From positions 66,225 to 130,224 of the forward strand of contig VGRW01000001.1 in the NCBI GenBank assembly GCA_016875225.1: 64,000 nucleotides of DNA. The letters are read 5' to 3'. Source of the DNA: Deltaproteobacteria bacterium. Lineage in GTDB: Bacteria > Myxococcota_A > UBA9160 > SZUA-336. The first letter of the stretch is position 1; each line of letters starts with the position of its first letter. The translations under genes were made by a program, and so were the position numbers. The notes beneath the pieces were generated by a model that saw nothing but the letters and a program-made list of their open reading frames with translations, was not told the origin of the DNA and did not search any database. This document shows positions 29,653-40,110 of this stretch, piece by piece.

Positions 29653-30905
29653 GCGAGCCCGCCGAAATCGCCGCCGCGCTCCGGGCCGGGGCGACACTTC
29701 CGGGTGTCGAGATCCTGAAGCGGAACTCCGCACGAATCGTCGCGCGCGCGGGCGACACGTTGCTCAAGATCTTCCTGGAGCGGCCGGCGAACGCCGCGCG
29801 CGAGGCGCGCGCGCTGGCGCGAGCCCGCGCGCTCGGAGTCCCGGTTCCGGAGCTTCGCGGCTCGGGCGCGGACTGGAACGCGACGGGCTTTCTCTCGGAC
29901 GCTCGGCCCGCCACGCGCTCCGACCTGCCCGCGATCCTCTCGGCCAGCGCCGACGCGCACCGGCGCGGTCTGCTCCACGGCGATCTGCACCTGGGAAACC
30001 TGCTCGTCGATCGGGGCCGGATCGTCTTCCTCGACCTGCAGCGCGCGCGCTTCCTGCCCTGGGTTCCCGGATTCCTGCGCCGCTGGGAGCTGGGCTACCT
30101 GGCCTACTCGCTCGGCGAGCCGCTGCCGGCCGAGCTCGCACGGGTCCGCCTCTGGCGCGACCGCCGCGCGCAGACGCACTGGCGAAGTCGCAGCCGCCGC
30201 TGTCTCGCGGAGAGCGGCGGCTTCACCGCCTTCGAGCTCGAGGGGCTGAAGGGATTTCGCCGCCGCGATTCCGACGAGGCGCGACTCACGCGTCTGCTCG
30301 CCTCGCTCGACCGCCAGACACCGTTCAAGGACGCGGCCAAGACGCGGCTCTTCCGCGCGGACGCGCGCGTCGTGAAGCTGCACGCGCGCGCGCGCGACGC
30401 GCGTGCAGCGTGGCTCGCTGGAAACGGCCTCGAAGCGCGCGGTCTGTCGACCGGAACCCCGCTCGCCTGGGTCGGGCGCTGGCTCGTGATGGAGGACGCG
30501 GGCCCGACGCTCGACGCCTGGGTGGACCGCGAGCTCGCGGGCGCGAGCGGCGCGGTCCGCGACGAGCTCGCCGCGCGGCTCGGCTCGCTTCTGGCTACCC
30601 TGCACCGGCGCGGCATCTACCACGCCGACCTGAAGGCGAACAACGTCGTCTGGTCGCCGGGTCGCGAGGCCCGGCTGCTCGACTACGGGCGCGTGCGCTT
30701 CGGTCGACGCGTCTCGAGGCGCAGGCGAGTGAAGAATCTCGCACAGCTCAACGCCGCGCTTCCGAACCAGGTTCCCGCCGCCCTGCGCGAGGCGGCGCTC
30801 GCGCGCTACCTCGCGGAGAGCAGCTACGCCGACGATCCCTCGCGCCTGCGCCGCGACGTCATCGCGGAGAGCCTGCGCCGCTCCCACCATTGGCGAGGAT
30901 GCTGA
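29649..30905 (+). CDS. Lipopolysaccharide core kinase family protein (Kdo/WaaP-like, two kinase-like lobes)
   Basis: HGDLHLGNLLV and YHADLKANNVV catalytic-loop-like motifs. ATG overlaps the GT4 TGA (ATGA). It is paired with the GT4 gene. Confidence 0.7.
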   Translation: MSEPAEIAAALRAGATLPGVEILKRNSARIVARAGDTLLKIFLERPANAAREARALARARALGVPVPELRGSGADWNATGFLSDARPATRSDLPAILSASADAHRRGLLHGDLHLGNLLVDRGRIVFLDLQRARFLPWVPGFLRRWELGYLAYSLGEPLPAELARVRLWRDRRAQTHWRSRSRRCLAESGGFTAFELEGLKGFRRRDSDEARLTRLLASLDRQTPFKDAAKTRLFRADARVVKLHARARDARAAWLAGNGLEARGLSTGTPLAWVGRWLVMEDAGPTLDAWVDRELAGASGAVRDELAARLGSLLATLHRRGIYHADLKANNVVWSPGREARLLDYGRVRFGRRVSRRRRVKNLAQLNAALPNQVPAALREAALARYLAESSYADDPSRLRRDVIAESLRRSHHWRGC

Positions 30906-31188
30906 CCCAGCGGTAATAGGAGCTCGCGAGCGATCCGCTCGAGCCCTCGCGGAATTCGAGCGGCGGCGTGCTCGGCGCGCTCTTCACGATCGACTCGAAC
31001 GCCGCGATCTTCTTGGGCAGGTCGTCCTTGTTGGGACTGTGGAAGATCACGTCCACGCGCGGACGGACGAAGAGCACGTTCATCACGAGCGTGACCAGCC
31101 GGAACATCTTCTCGGGGCCCTCCATGGCCTCCACCGAGAAGTACGGAATGTCGACCTTGTCCAGGTCGAAGGTGTATTCGACGCGCAT
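30859..31188 (-). CDS. Small hypothetical protein, member 1 of a local three-paralog family (see findings)
   Basis: 109-aa ORF with GGAGGA 8 nt upstream of ATG. Amino-acid composition is non-GC-skewed (K/F/D/N-rich), and local GC is ~59% by manual count over 31021-31200 versus ~70% in the flanks. It shares a motif block with the proteins at 49567-49950 and 62281-62781. Confidence 0.5.
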   Translation of the reverse strand: MRVEYTFDLDKVDIPYFSVEAMEGPEKMFRLVTLVMNVLFVRPRVDVIFHSPNKDDLPKKIAAFESIVKSAPSTPPLEFREGSSGSLASSYYRWVSILANGGSGAGSPR

Positions 31189-31223
31189 CTTGTGGTTCTC
31201 CTCCGGTTCGGTTTGGCGTGGGA

Positions 31224-32192
31224 TCAGAACGGTGCCAGGTGACAGGCCGTGACGTGCCGGTCCGCCACCTCGCGGAGCTCCGGCCGCTCCGCGGCGCAGC
31301 GCAGGATCGCCTTCGGACAGCGAGGGTGGAACGCGCAGCCCGAAGGGGGCGCGATCGGGCTCGGCACGTCGCCCGACAGCACGATCCGTCGCTGCACCCG
31401 GGTCGGATCGGGCGTCGGCACGGCCGAGAGCAGCGCCTCGGTGTAGGGGTGCTGTGGCCGACCGTAGAGCGAATCGGCTGGGCCGTACTCGACGATCCGG
31501 CCCAGGTACATCACCGCGACCCGCCGGGACAGATGGCGCACGACGCGCAGGTCGTGCGAAATGAACAGGTACGCCAGCCCGAAGCGCCGCTGCAGATCGA
31601 GGAGCAGATTCAGGATCTGCGCCTGGATCGAGACGTCGAGCGACGAGACCGGCTCGTCGGCCACGACCAGACGCGGCTCGAGCGCCAGCGCGCGCGCGAT
31701 CCCGATCCGCTGCCGCTGGCCGCCGCTGAACTCGTGCGGGTAGCGTGCGGAGTGCTCGGGCGCGAGGCCGACGATCTCGAGCAGCTCGGAGACCCGGCGC
31801 TCGCGCTCTGCGCCGCGCGCGAGCCCGTGCACGCGAAGGCCCTCCGCGATCGCCTCGCCCACCGTCATGCGCGGGTTCAGCGATGCGAACGGATCCTGGA
31901 AGACAATCTGCATGCGCCGGCGCATGCCGCGCAGCTCGCTGCGACCCAGCGCGCGCAGATCGCAGTCCTCGAAGCGGATCTCGCCCGAGTCGGGCTCGAT
32001 CAGGCGCAGCGCGAGGCGCGCGAGCGTCGACTTGCCGCAGCCCGATTCGCCGACCAGCCCGACGGTCTCGCCGGCCTCCACGTCGAGATCGACGTCGTCG
32101 ACGGCCGTCAGGCGGGCGCGGCGTCCGAAGCTTCCGCCCCCGACCGGGAAGCTCTTGCGCAGCCCGCGGATCCGCAGCAGCGGCTGCGTCAC
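31224..32192 (-). CDS. dppF: Peptide ABC transporter ATP-binding protein (DppF/OppF)
   Basis: Walker [10 protein letters not shown], an ABC signature and a C-terminal oligopeptide-ATPase extension. GTG start at 32192 was chosen because it overlaps the dppD TGA (GTGA). The ATG at 32228 would overlap dppD by 40 nt. Confidence 0.85.
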   Translation of the reverse strand: MTQPLLRIRGLRKSFPVGGGSFGRRARLTAVDDVDLDVEAGETVGLVGESGCGKSTLARLALRLIEPDSGEIRFEDCDLRALGRSELRGMRRRMQIVFQDPFASLNPRMTVGEAIAEGLRVHGLARGAERERRVSELLEIVGLAPEHSARYPHEFSGGQRQRIGIARALALEPRLVVADEPVSSLDVSIQAQILNLLLDLQRRFGLAYLFISHDLRVVRHLSRRVAVMYLGRIVEYGPADSLYGRPQHPYTEALLSAVPTPDPTRVQRRIVLSGDVPSPIAPPSGCAFHPRCPKAILRCAAERPELREVADRHVTACHLAPF

Positions 32193-33181
32193 GTCCGAGC
32201 CCCGGCGCCCGACACCGGATTGTGACATGCCACCCGATGCCCGGACGAGCCCGGCCCGAGCTCGGGATCGCGCACCGCGCAGACTTCGGTCGCCCGCGTG
32301 CAGCGCTCGCGGAAGCTGCAGCCCGCCGGGCGCGAGACCAGATCGGGGACGCGACCCTCGATCACGTGCAGCCGCTCGCCCGGGCGGGTGCGGGCCGAAG
32401 GCAGCGCCTCGAGCAGACCGGCCGTGTAGGGGTGCCGCGGCGCCGCGAAGATCTCCAGCACCGAGCCGGTCTCGACCACCCTTCCCGCGTACAGAACCGC
32501 CAGCCGTTCCGCGCTCTCGGCCACGATGCCCAGATCGTGCGTGATCAGCAGGACCGCCATCGCGAAGCGGCTCTTCAGCCGCTCCAGCAGCTCGAGGATC
32601 TGCGCCTGGATCGTGACGTCGAGAGCGGTGGTCGGCTCGTCCGCGATCAGCACCGCCGGATCGTTCGCCAGCGCCATCGCGATCATCACGCGCTGGCGCA
32701 TCCCGCCGGAGAGCTGATGCGGGTAGTCGCGTGCGCGCTTTCGCGACTCGGGAATGCCGACGAGCTCGAGGAGCTCGATCACGCGCGCGTCGCGCTCGGT
32801 GCGCGAAACCGTTCGGTGTACGGTGAGCGCCTCTCCGATCTGGTCGCCGATCCGGAACACCGGATTCAGGCAGGTCATCGGCTCCTGGAAGATCATCGCG
32901 ATCCGGTTGCCGCGGATGTGGCGCATCTCCTCGTCGCCAAGCCGGAGCAGGTCGCGACCCTCGAAGACGATCTCTCCGGCCTCGATCGAAGCCGGCGGCT
33001 GGGGCAGCAGCCGCAGGATCGAGAGCGCCGTGACCGACTTCCCGCAGCCGGACTCGCCCACGACGCCGAGCGTCTCGCCGGCGAAGAGCTCGAGGTCGAT
33101 CCGGTCGACCGCCGGAAGCTTCCCGCGCGGCGTCTCGAAGCTGGTGCGCAGGCCGCGCAGCGCGAGCACGGGCTCGCTCAC
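32189..33181 (-). CDS. dppD: Peptide ABC transporter ATP-binding protein (DppD/OppD)
   Basis: [20 protein letters not shown]...[21 protein letters not shown]. The GTG start overlaps the TGA of the upstream lipoprotein gene. Confidence 0.85.
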   Translation of the reverse strand: MSEPVLALRGLRTSFETPRGKLPAVDRIDLELFAGETLGVVGESGCGKSVTALSILRLLPQPPASIEAGEIVFEGRDLLRLGDEEMRHIRGNRIAMIFQEPMTCLNPVFRIGDQIGEALTVHRTVSRTERDARVIELLELVGIPESRKRARDYPHQLSGGMRQRVMIAMALANDPAVLIADEPTTALDVTIQAQILELLERLKSRFAMAVLLITHDLGIVAESAERLAVLYAGRVVETGSVLEIFAAPRHPYTAGLLEALPSARTRPGERLHVIEGRVPDLVSRPAGCSFRERCTRATEVCAVRDPELGPGSSGHRVACHNPVSGAGART

Positions 33182-33936
33182 GGGGTCGCCTCGCGCTCGA
33201 CCCGGAACAGGCTCGTCTCGAGGCGCGGATTCAGCTCGACCGACTCGAGCGCGAGCTCGGCGCGAAGTCCGGTCTCCGGAAACGACAGCACCACGCGGAA
33301 CGGATAGCGGCCGCCCGGCACGTCCCGCCACGCCTCGTACTGCGCGGTCCAGCGCACCGCCCCCGAGCCATCGAGCGATTCGATCCCCGCGAGCTCCCCG
33401 TCGCCCGAGAAGCGCAGGCTCTGGTCGGCGAACGAGACCTCGCGCTCGGCTTCCCGCGCGCGGATCGCCAGCGCGGGCCAGGCTACGGGCCTGGGCGTGG
33501 CGAGCAACGCCCCGGCAGCCTCGTCGGGCGCGAAGTCGAGCCCGAGCCGCTCGCGCAGCACCTCGGACGAGACCTCGCCGTCGTCGAGCGACCGGCCGTC
33601 GTAGAACGCGTAGCGCTCGCCGTCGGTGACCAGAAGCGTCGCCGCCTGGCCGAGCACGTTCAGGCTCTCGAGCCGGAGCCGCGCCGGCCGCTCCACCAGG
33701 ATCACCTGCCTCACGTCGCCCGACCCGCGCGGTCCGGTGACGCTGAGCTTGCCCACGGCGCGAAGCGTGCGGCGCGCCTCGGCTTCGCCGATCGCGCGCT
33801 CCACGCGCGCGCGGATGGCGGCGTCCTCGCCGACGACGGTCCGGAACGCGGGCACGCCCCGCGCGGACACGCACGCCGAGAGCAGCAGGAGGGCGAGCGC
33901 CCCCGAGGCGCGAAGCGCGGATCCGAGCGGCGTCAC
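33178..33936 (-). CDS. Lipoprotein, LolB-like/DUF4292-type (tentative)
   Basis: 252 aa with signal peptide plus lipobox LLLSAC. It lies directly downstream of a TPR lipoprotein, an arrangement common for DUF4292/LolB-like genes. The family assignment is from memory only. Confidence 0.5.
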   Translation of the reverse strand: MTPLGSALRASGALALLLLSACVSARGVPAFRTVVGEDAAIRARVERAIGEAEARRTLRAVGKLSVTGPRGSGDVRQVILVERPARLRLESLNVLGQAATLLVTDGERYAFYDGRSLDDGEVSSEVLRERLGLDFAPDEAAGALLATPRPVAWPALAIRAREAEREVSFADQSLRFSGDGELAGIESLDGSGAVRWTAQYEAWRDVPGGRYPFRVVLSFPETGLRAELALESVELNPRLETSLFRVEREATP

Positions 33937-35825
33937 TCGCGCTTGGCGCCGCGGAGCTCGAGTCGCAGGGTCTCGATCTCGCGCTGGATCCGCGCCGCGT
34001 CGTCGGCCTCCGGCTCGAGCGCGAGCGCGCGCTCGTAGGTGACCAGCGCGTCTTCGAGTCGCGCGAGCGACCGGTAGGCGTCGCCGAGGTGCCAGGTGAT
34101 CACCGGGTCGCCCTTGTCGAGCAGCTCCAGCGCGTGCTCGAGCTGCGTGCGCGCGGCGTTGAAGGAGCTTCGGGCCGCATCGCTCTCCCCGGCCGCGAGC
34201 TGCTTCAGCCCGCGCTGGTAGAAGAGCCAGCCGAGGCTGTCCGTGATGTAGCCATCCCCGGGCTTGAGCGCGATCGCGCGCCGGATCATCTGCTCGGCCT
34301 CGTCGAGCCTCTCGCCCTGCTCCGCCCAGGTGTAGCCGATGTAGTTCAGCGCGCTGGCGTTGTCGGGGTCGATCTCGAGCACCTCGTGCATCAGCTCGAG
34401 CGATCGGTCGCGGTCGCCGGCCTCGCCGTGGATCACACCGAGGTCGTAGTACAGGTCGGGCTTGTCCGGATTCGCCTGAATCAGCGTCTCCATGATGGCA
34501 ACCGCGCCGGCGAGGTCGCCGCTGCGCTGGGTCACGCCTGCGAGATACACCTGCAGCGTGAGATTGTCCGGCGACGCCGCGATCGCGCGCCTGAGCTCCG
34601 CCTGGGCGCGCGGCCAGTCCTTGCGGCGCTCCCAGATTCGCGCCATCGCCGTGCGGGCGTCGACGAAGCGCGGCGAGCTCTGCGGCACCTGCTCGAGCTC
34701 GGCGAGCGCCTCGTCGCTGCGCCCGGCCTCGACGTGCACCAGCCCGACGAAGTAGCGCACCTCGTTCTCGTAGCTCTCCGGGGCGCCGCCCTCGCCGCCG
34801 CTTCGAGCCACGGCCTGGAACCGCGCGATCGCGTCGTCGTAGCGGCCGGCCTCGTAGTAGAAGAGCCCGAGGCGGAACTGCGGACCGGCGAGCTCCGGGT
34901 GCTCCGATACCAGCGTCTCGAGGGTTTGCGTCGCGGCTTCGCGTTCGCCGGCGTCCTCCTGGATCTGTGCGATGCGCATCAGCGCGCCCGGATCTCCGGG
35001 CATGACCGCGAGCCGCTCCTTCAGCACGGCGAGCTCGCCCTTCGCGTCCTTCTGCGCGCTGCGCAGCCGGGCGAGCGCCTCGAAGAGCGCCGGCTGCTCC
35101 GGATCGACCACGAGACCCGCGCGGTAGGTCTTCTCCGCGAGCTCCGGTCGGCCCTCGCGCTCCTGCACCGCGCCGAGCGCGAGATGACCGCGGACGTCTT
35201 CGGGCGAGGTCGCGATCAGCTTCTCGGCGACGCGCCTGGCTCCGTCGATGCGGTCGAGATTCAGGTAGAGCGTGAAGAGCGTGAACGAGCCTTCGTCATC
35301 GAGCCCGCCCTTCTCGAAGAGCGGCTCGAGCAGCTCGACCGCGCGGTCGTACTGGCGCATGCGCACGTGCAGCGTCGCCAGCCCCGCGCGCAGCTCGTGG
35401 TCGTCCGGCTCCAGCGCGAGCGCCCGCTCCGCGTAGCCGAGCGCGCGCTCCGGTTCGCCCGCGGAGACCCAGACCTGCGCGAGCGCACGCTGCAGCTCGG
35501 GCGAGTTCGGGTCGAGCCGAGCGGCGTGCTCGTACGCCTCGGCGGCTTCGAGCAGCCGGCCGTCGAGCTCGAGCGCGCGGCCGCGCATGAAGGCGGCTCC
35601 GGCCTCGGCTTCGGGCGAGACGGGAGCCACGCGGAAGGACGGGCCGGCTCCGGAGTCGTCCCCGCCACGAAGCCGCTCGGAGAATCGCTCGAGGCTCGCG
35701 CAGCCGGTAGCGACGAGCACGAGCGCCGCGCCGAGTGCCGCGCGCAGGGTTGCCGCCTTCGTCGCTCGCGTCACCGAAAAACCTCGCAATCTCGCCAGAC
35801 TAGCAGCGGCCCTGCGGAGCGGCAA
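33933..35825 (-). CDS. Tetratricopeptide-repeat lipoprotein
   Basis: 630 aa with many TPR units and lipobox LVATGC. An alternative GTG start at ~35774 would give a cleaner signal peptide. Confidence 0.75.
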   Translation of the reverse strand: MPLRRAAASLARLRGFSVTRATKAATLRAALGAALVLVATGCASLERFSERLRGGDDSGAGPSFRVAPVSPEAEAGAAFMRGRALELDGRLLEAAEAYEHAARLDPNSPELQRALAQVWVSAGEPERALGYAERALALEPDDHELRAGLATLHVRMRQYDRAVELLEPLFEKGGLDDEGSFTLFTLYLNLDRIDGARRVAEKLIATSPEDVRGHLALGAVQEREGRPELAEKTYRAGLVVDPEQPALFEALARLRSAQKDAKGELAVLKERLAVMPGDPGALMRIAQIQEDAGEREAATQTLETLVSEHPELAGPQFRLGLFYYEAGRYDDAIARFQAVARSGGEGGAPESYENEVRYFVGLVHVEAGRSDEALAELEQVPQSSPRFVDARTAMARIWERRKDWPRAQAELRRAIAASPDNLTLQVYLAGVTQRSGDLAGAVAIMETLIQANPDKPDLYYDLGVIHGEAGDRDRSLELMHEVLEIDPDNASALNYIGYTWAEQGERLDEAEQMIRRAIALKPGDGYITDSLGWLFYQRGLKQLAAGESDAARSSFNAARTQLEHALELLDKGDPVITWHLGDAYRSLARLEDALVTYERALALEPEADDAARIQREIETLRLELRGAKRE

Positions 35826-35891
35826 TCAGACCTTCGCAGGGTCTCTGCACCCCGTATCGGCGCAGGGCGAGTCGGGCTTGCCCGGAGGATC

Positions 35892-36515
35892 TCAGCCGCG
35901 TGCGGGGATCACCCCGAGCTGCTCGAGGAGCGCGGCCAGCCGCTCGACGCACGCATCGAGCGCGAGCTCGGCGGTGTCGAGCCGGAGCTCGGCATCGAGC
36001 GGCGGCTCGTACGGAGCCGACACGCCCGTGAACTCCGGGATCTCGCCCGCGCGCGCCTTCCGGTACAGCCCCTTCACGTCCCGGCGCTCGCAGACCTCCA
36101 GCGGACAGTCGACGAAGATCTCGAGGAACTGCCCCGCGGGCAGCAGCTCTCGCACGCGATCGCGATCGCGCCGGTAGGGCGAGATGAACGCCGTGAGCAC
36201 GATCGCCCCGGCGTCGTTCAGGAGCTTCGCGACTTCCCCGACGCGGCGGATGTTCTCGCTGCGATCCTCGGGCGAGAAGCCGAGATTCGCGTTCAGGCCG
36301 TGCCGGACGTTGTCGCCGTCGATCACGTAGGCGAGCACGCGGCGGCGGATCAGCGCCTGCTCCAGCGCGCGCGCGAGCGTCGACTTGCCAGAGCCGGAGA
36401 GCCCGGTGAACCAGAGCGTCACCGCGCGGTGTCCGAGCAGCGCCTCGCGCTCCGCCTTCGAGACGTGGCTCTCGCTCCAGGTGACGTTCTGGCTCTTCGG
36501 TGGTTGGCTCGTCAC
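35892..36515 (-). CDS. cysC: Adenylyl-sulfate (APS) kinase
   Basis: [15 protein letters not shown]-loop and [13 protein letters not shown] overlaps the iscU-like stop (ATGA). Confidence 0.85.
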   Translation of the reverse strand: MTSQPPKSQNVTWSESHVSKAEREALLGHRAVTLWFTGLSGSGKSTLARALEQALIRRRVLAYVIDGDNVRHGLNANLGFSPEDRSENIRRVGEVAKLLNDAGAIVLTAFISPYRRDRDRVRELLPAGQFLEIFVDCPLEVCERRDVKGLYRKARAGEIPEFTGVSAPYEPPLDAELRLDTAELALDACVERLAALLEQLGVIPARG

Positions 36516-36889
36516 GGCGCGCGAAGATACGCGAGCGCGCAGCGCAGCGCCGCGAGCGGAAGCTCGGCAAGCCGCCTCTGCTCCGGCAGCAGCTCGAGCT
36601 CGTGCGCGATCTCGTCGGCGCCGACCCGGAGCGCGGCCTCGACGCTCGCGCCTTCGATCCGCGCGACCGCGGCGCTCGCGACCGCAATCGCGATCGGACA
36701 GCCGAACGCCTGGAAGCGTGCGTGCGTGATCCGCCCGGCGCCGTCGACGCAGAGGTGGAGCCGCACGCGCTGTCCCCCGTCGTCGTGTCGCGCCTCGCCA
36801 GAGACCGTGCCCGGGGCTCCCGCAGGCAATCGGCCCGGGCCGCGCGGGTTCCGGAAGTGCTCGAGCACGGCCGCGCTGTACTGCGTCAC
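36512..36889 (-). CDS. IscU/NifU-N-like Fe-S scaffold domain protein (variant first ligand)
   Basis: [17 protein letters not shown]...[13 protein letters not shown]...LRCALAY aligns with IscU (YENPRN...RFKTYGCGSAIA...IHCSILA). The first CGD cysteine is not conserved. The GTG start overlaps the iscS TGA. In the ORF track it is only visible as the tail of a long alternative-frame ORF. Confidence 0.65.
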   Translation of the reverse strand: MTQYSAAVLEHFRNPRGPGRLPAGAPGTVSGEARHDDGGQRVRLHLCVDGAGRITHARFQAFGCPIAIAVASAAVARIEGASVEAALRVGADEIAHELELLPEQRRLAELPLAALRCALAYLRAP

Positions 36890-38100
36890 GTCCGGCCGTC
36901 GGCCCGCCGGAGATCGTCCCAGGCCGGCGAGAGCGCGCGCAGGCGGCGGACCTGCGCGATCACGAGCTCCGCGGCGGCGTCGATCTGCGCCTCGTCGTTG
37001 CCGCGTCCGATGCCGAAGCGCAGCGCGGAGAGGGAGCGCGCCTCGCCCGCGCCGAGCGCGCGCAGCACGTGGGACGGCTCGCGCTTCGCGGAGGTGCAGG
37101 CCGAGCCGACCGAGAGCGCGAGCTCCGGAAGCGCCGCGAGCAGCGCCTCGCCCTCGACGCCGAGGAACGAGAGGTTCAGGTTGCCCGGCAGGCGCGCGCT
37201 CGGATGGCCGTTCAGCGCCAGGTTCGGTAGCGACGATTCGAGCCGCGCCAGCAGCCGCGCGCGCAGGCGCTCGTGCCGGGCGAAGTCCGCGACGCGCGCC
37301 CCAGCCGCGAGCTCCGCAGCCGCGCCGAAGCCGACGCAGAGCGGCACCGGCAGGGTGCCGCTGCGCAGACCGCGTTCGTGTCCCCCGCCGTGCAGGATCG
37401 GCTCGATCCGCGCCCGGCTCGAGCGCCTGCGCACGACCAGCGCACCGATCCCCTTGGGGCCGTAGAGCTTGTGCGCCGAGAGCGACAGGAACTCCACACC
37501 GAGCCGTGTCACGTCGACCTCGAGCGCGCCCGCCGACTGCGCGGCGTCGCAGTGGAACGCGACGCCGGCCTCGGCCGCGATCCTCGAAAGCTGCGCGATC
37601 GGCTGGATCACGCCGATCTCGTTGTTCGCGTGCATGATCGAGACCAGCGCGGTGCGCGGCTCGAGCGCCGCGCGAAGACCGTCCGGATCGACGAGGCCGT
37701 CCGCGTCGACCCCGAGCAGCGTCACGCGGAAGCCCTCGCGCTCGAGCGCGAGACACGGATCCAGAACCGCGCGGTGCTCCGTGCGGCAGCTCACCACGTG
37801 ATCGCGCTTGCCTCCGCTCGCCCGATGCTGCGCGCGCGCTGCGCCGAGCAAGGCCAGGTTGTTCGCCTCGGTCGCGCCGGACGTGAAGACGATCTCGCGC
37901 GGGTCCGCCCCCACCAGCGCCGCGACCTGCGCCCGCGCGCGCTCGACGGCAGCGTCGGCGCGGAAGCCGAATGCGTGGGTGCGGCTGGCGGCGTTGCCGA
38001 AGTCCTCGCTGAAATACGGCAGCATCGCCCGGACGACGGCCGGATCGCAGGGCGTCGTCGCGTTGTGGTCGAGGTAGATCGGGCGCGTCACTCGCGGCAT
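36886..38100 (-). CDS. iscS: Cysteine desulfurase (IscS/NifS class)
   Basis: [10 protein letters not shown]...TSGATEANN...[14 protein letters not shown] (PLP-lysine)...GSACTS. The start was trimmed to ATG 38100. Confidence 0.9.
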   Translation of the reverse strand: MPRVTRPIYLDHNATTPCDPAVVRAMLPYFSEDFGNAASRTHAFGFRADAAVERARAQVAALVGADPREIVFTSGATEANNLALLGAARAQHRASGGKRDHVVSCRTEHRAVLDPCLALEREGFRVTLLGVDADGLVDPDGLRAALEPRTALVSIMHANNEIGVIQPIAQLSRIAAEAGVAFHCDAAQSAGALEVDVTRLGVEFLSLSAHKLYGPKGIGALVVRRRSSRARIEPILHGGGHERGLRSGTLPVPLCVGFGAAAELAAGARVADFARHERLRARLLARLESSLPNLALNGHPSARLPGNLNLSFLGVEGEALLAALPELALSVGSACTSAKREPSHVLRALGAGEARSLSALRFGIGRGNDEAQIDAAAELVIAQVRRLRALSPAWDDLRRADGRT

Positions 38101-38143
38101 TCTGCGGCGTCGCGACCGGGGTCGCCAGACGAAGGGGGAAGCC

Positions 38144-38956
38144 ATGAACAGGTCGACGGCCGCGCTCGCAACCGCCCTGGCTCTCGCGCTGGCCGCGCCG
38201 TCCGTCGGCGCAGAGGAACCCGCCGAGCCGTCTGCGGAGGCGCTCGCCCGGGGCTGGTTCGACCAGCTCTTCGGCGCGAGCTCCATCGAGGCCTGGTCGA
38301 CGGAGTGGGCCGGCGGAGAGATCGTCTTCGCGCTGGCGCGCCGCTGGCAGGACGGTCGCCCGGAGACGTTCGTCCACCTGGTCTCTCCGCGCGCCTACGA
38401 CGAGCTGAACTTCCTGCTCCGCGACGGCGACGCGGGCCGGCTCGAGCTGCTCTACTACCGCACGCCCAAGCTCTGGAAGGCCGGCGCCAAGGCCGCGCGC
38501 GTGATGCCGGCCGTGGTCCCGTCGCCGATCGACCGGCTTCCCTTCGTGCCGGGTCTGCCCGCGCTCGCCGAGATCCAGCCGCCGCGGATCTCGGACTACG
38601 CGTACGCGCGCCTCCCGGATCAGGTCGTCGCGAACCAGCCCTGCCGCGTGATCGAGGCGCGGCCGCGCGCCGGAGACCTGGGCTTCGATCGCGTCCGGTA
38701 CTCGCTGGCGCAGGAGACGGGTGTGTCGCTCGAGACGGTCTGGTGGCTCCGCGAAACGCTGGTTCGACGGGTCACGATCGCACCGGGCGACGTGCGCGAC
38801 TACTCGGGCCGATTCCTGCCCACCCGCCGCAGCGTGGAGCGGCCGGGATCCGGCACACAGGTGTACGAGCTTGGCCAGCTCATGCTCGACCCGCCGTTTC
38901 CCGATCAGCTCTTCACGACCCAGAACCTGAAGGCGGGACGCTTCCCCTCGTACTAG
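38144..38956 (+). CDS. Secreted LolA-like (outer-membrane lipoprotein-sorting-like) protein, paralog 1
   Basis: 270 aa with a signal peptide. It is paralogous to the next gene: the order of conserved blocks is shared and both C-termini end alike (AGRFPSY / RGRLPSF). Confidence 0.55.
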   Translation: MNRSTAALATALALALAAPSVGAEEPAEPSAEALARGWFDQLFGASSIEAWSTEWAGGEIVFALARRWQDGRPETFVHLVSPRAYDELNFLLRDGDAGRLELLYYRTPKLWKAGAKAARVMPAVVPSPIDRLPFVPGLPALAEIQPPRISDYAYARLPDQVVANQPCRVIEARPRAGDLGFDRVRYSLAQETGVSLETVWWLRETLVRRVTIAPGDVRDYSGRFLPTRRSVERPGSGTQVYELGQLMLDPPFPDQLFTTQNLKAGRFPSY

Positions 38957-38996
38957 GCCGAGCCGGCCGCGCGATGGGAGCGACCCATGGTGCGGC

Positions 38997-39773
38997 ATGC
39001 GTCGGAATACCCCCCTATTCCTGCTGATCGTCGGGCTCTTCCCGTTCCTCACCGGCTTCGACGGCCCCGAGGCGCGCGAGGCGCTCGACACCGTGTTCCG
39101 AAATCTCTACTCGCCGGACATGCTCGTCGCGGTCGAGCTGCGCATCGACGAGGGCCAGCCCGACGCCGAAGACGTGACGTTCGCGTACGGGCGCAAGAAC
39201 AAGGGCGGCGAGACGCGCACGCTGGTCTACACCGGAGACGGTAGCCGCGACGCCTCGCGGCTCCTGCTCTTCCAGCGTCCCGGAGCCCAGGACCGCGCCT
39301 TCGCCTCGGAGGGCACCCGCGGACAGGTCCGCGCGGTGAGCGTCGGGCGCCACAAGGGCTCGCTCTTCGGCAGCGACTTCAACTACGCCGACTTCCGCGC
39401 GCACTCGGCGGCGGACTACCGGATCGAGGTGCTCGGCGAGGATCGGATCGGCGGCGAGGCGTGCCGCGTGCTGCGACTGCGACCGATCGAGGGTCCGTAC
39501 ACGATGCTTCTCGCGTGGGTCTCGCAGGAGCGGCCGGTCATGCTTCGCACCGACTACTTCGACGAGCAGGGGCTCTGGAAGCGCTACCGCGCGCGGCCGC
39601 AGGACATCGAGCGGAACTTCGACTGGTGGGTGCCGATGCAGGACGAGATGATCGACCTGCGCAGCGGCCGCCACACGGTGCGGCAGGTGCGCAACATCCT
39701 GATCGGGACCGACGTGCCGGACGACGCCTTCACGCTGACCCAGCTCGCGCGCGGCCGGCTTCCGTCCTTCTAG
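38997..39773 (+). CDS. Secreted LolA-like protein, paralog 2
   Basis: 258 aa with a signal peptide. It resembles the upstream gene (YRIEVLGED...CRVLRLRP vs ARLPDQVVANQPCRVIEARP). The fold assignment is tentative. Confidence 0.55.
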   Translation: MRRNTPLFLLIVGLFPFLTGFDGPEAREALDTVFRNLYSPDMLVAVELRIDEGQPDAEDVTFAYGRKNKGGETRTLVYTGDGSRDASRLLLFQRPGAQDRAFASEGTRGQVRAVSVGRHKGSLFGSDFNYADFRAHSAADYRIEVLGEDRIGGEACRVLRLRPIEGPYTMLLAWVSQERPVMLRTDYFDEQGLWKRYRARPQDIERNFDWWVPMQDEMIDLRSGRHTVRQVRNILIGTDVPDDAFTLTQLARGRLPSF

Positions 39774-39776
39774 GCG

Positions 39777-40106
39777 CTAGGCGCCGAAGGACTGGCCGCA
39801 GCCGCAGGTCGATGAGGCGTTGGGGTTCTCGATCTTGAAGCCCGAGCCGTTCAGATCGTCGACGTAGTCGACCTTGGTTCCGAGCAGGTACACGGCGCTC
39901 TTCGAGTCGACGACGACGTTCACGCCGTTGCTTCTTCCGGTCTGATCCCAGTCCCCGACCTTGTCGTCGAACATGAGCTGGTACTGCAGTCCGCTGCAGC
40001 CGCCGCCCACGACCTTGAGCCGCAGGCTGTAGCCCGCGCGGCCGTCGCGTTCGGTGAGCTGCTTGACCTTTGCCGCGGCCGATTCCGTGAGAGTGATGAC
40101 CGACAT
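39777..40106 (-). CDS. erpA: A-type Fe-S cluster carrier (ErpA/IscA, HesB family)
   Basis: 109 aa with GGGCSGLQY and a C-terminal CGCGQSF ligand motif. Confidence 0.85.
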   Translation of the reverse strand: MSVITLTESAAAKVKQLTERDGRAGYSLRLKVVGGGCSGLQYQLMFDDKVGDWDQTGRSNGVNVVVDSKSAVYLLGTKVDYVDDLNGSGFKIENPNASSTCGCGQSFGA

Positions 40107-40110
40107 GCGC

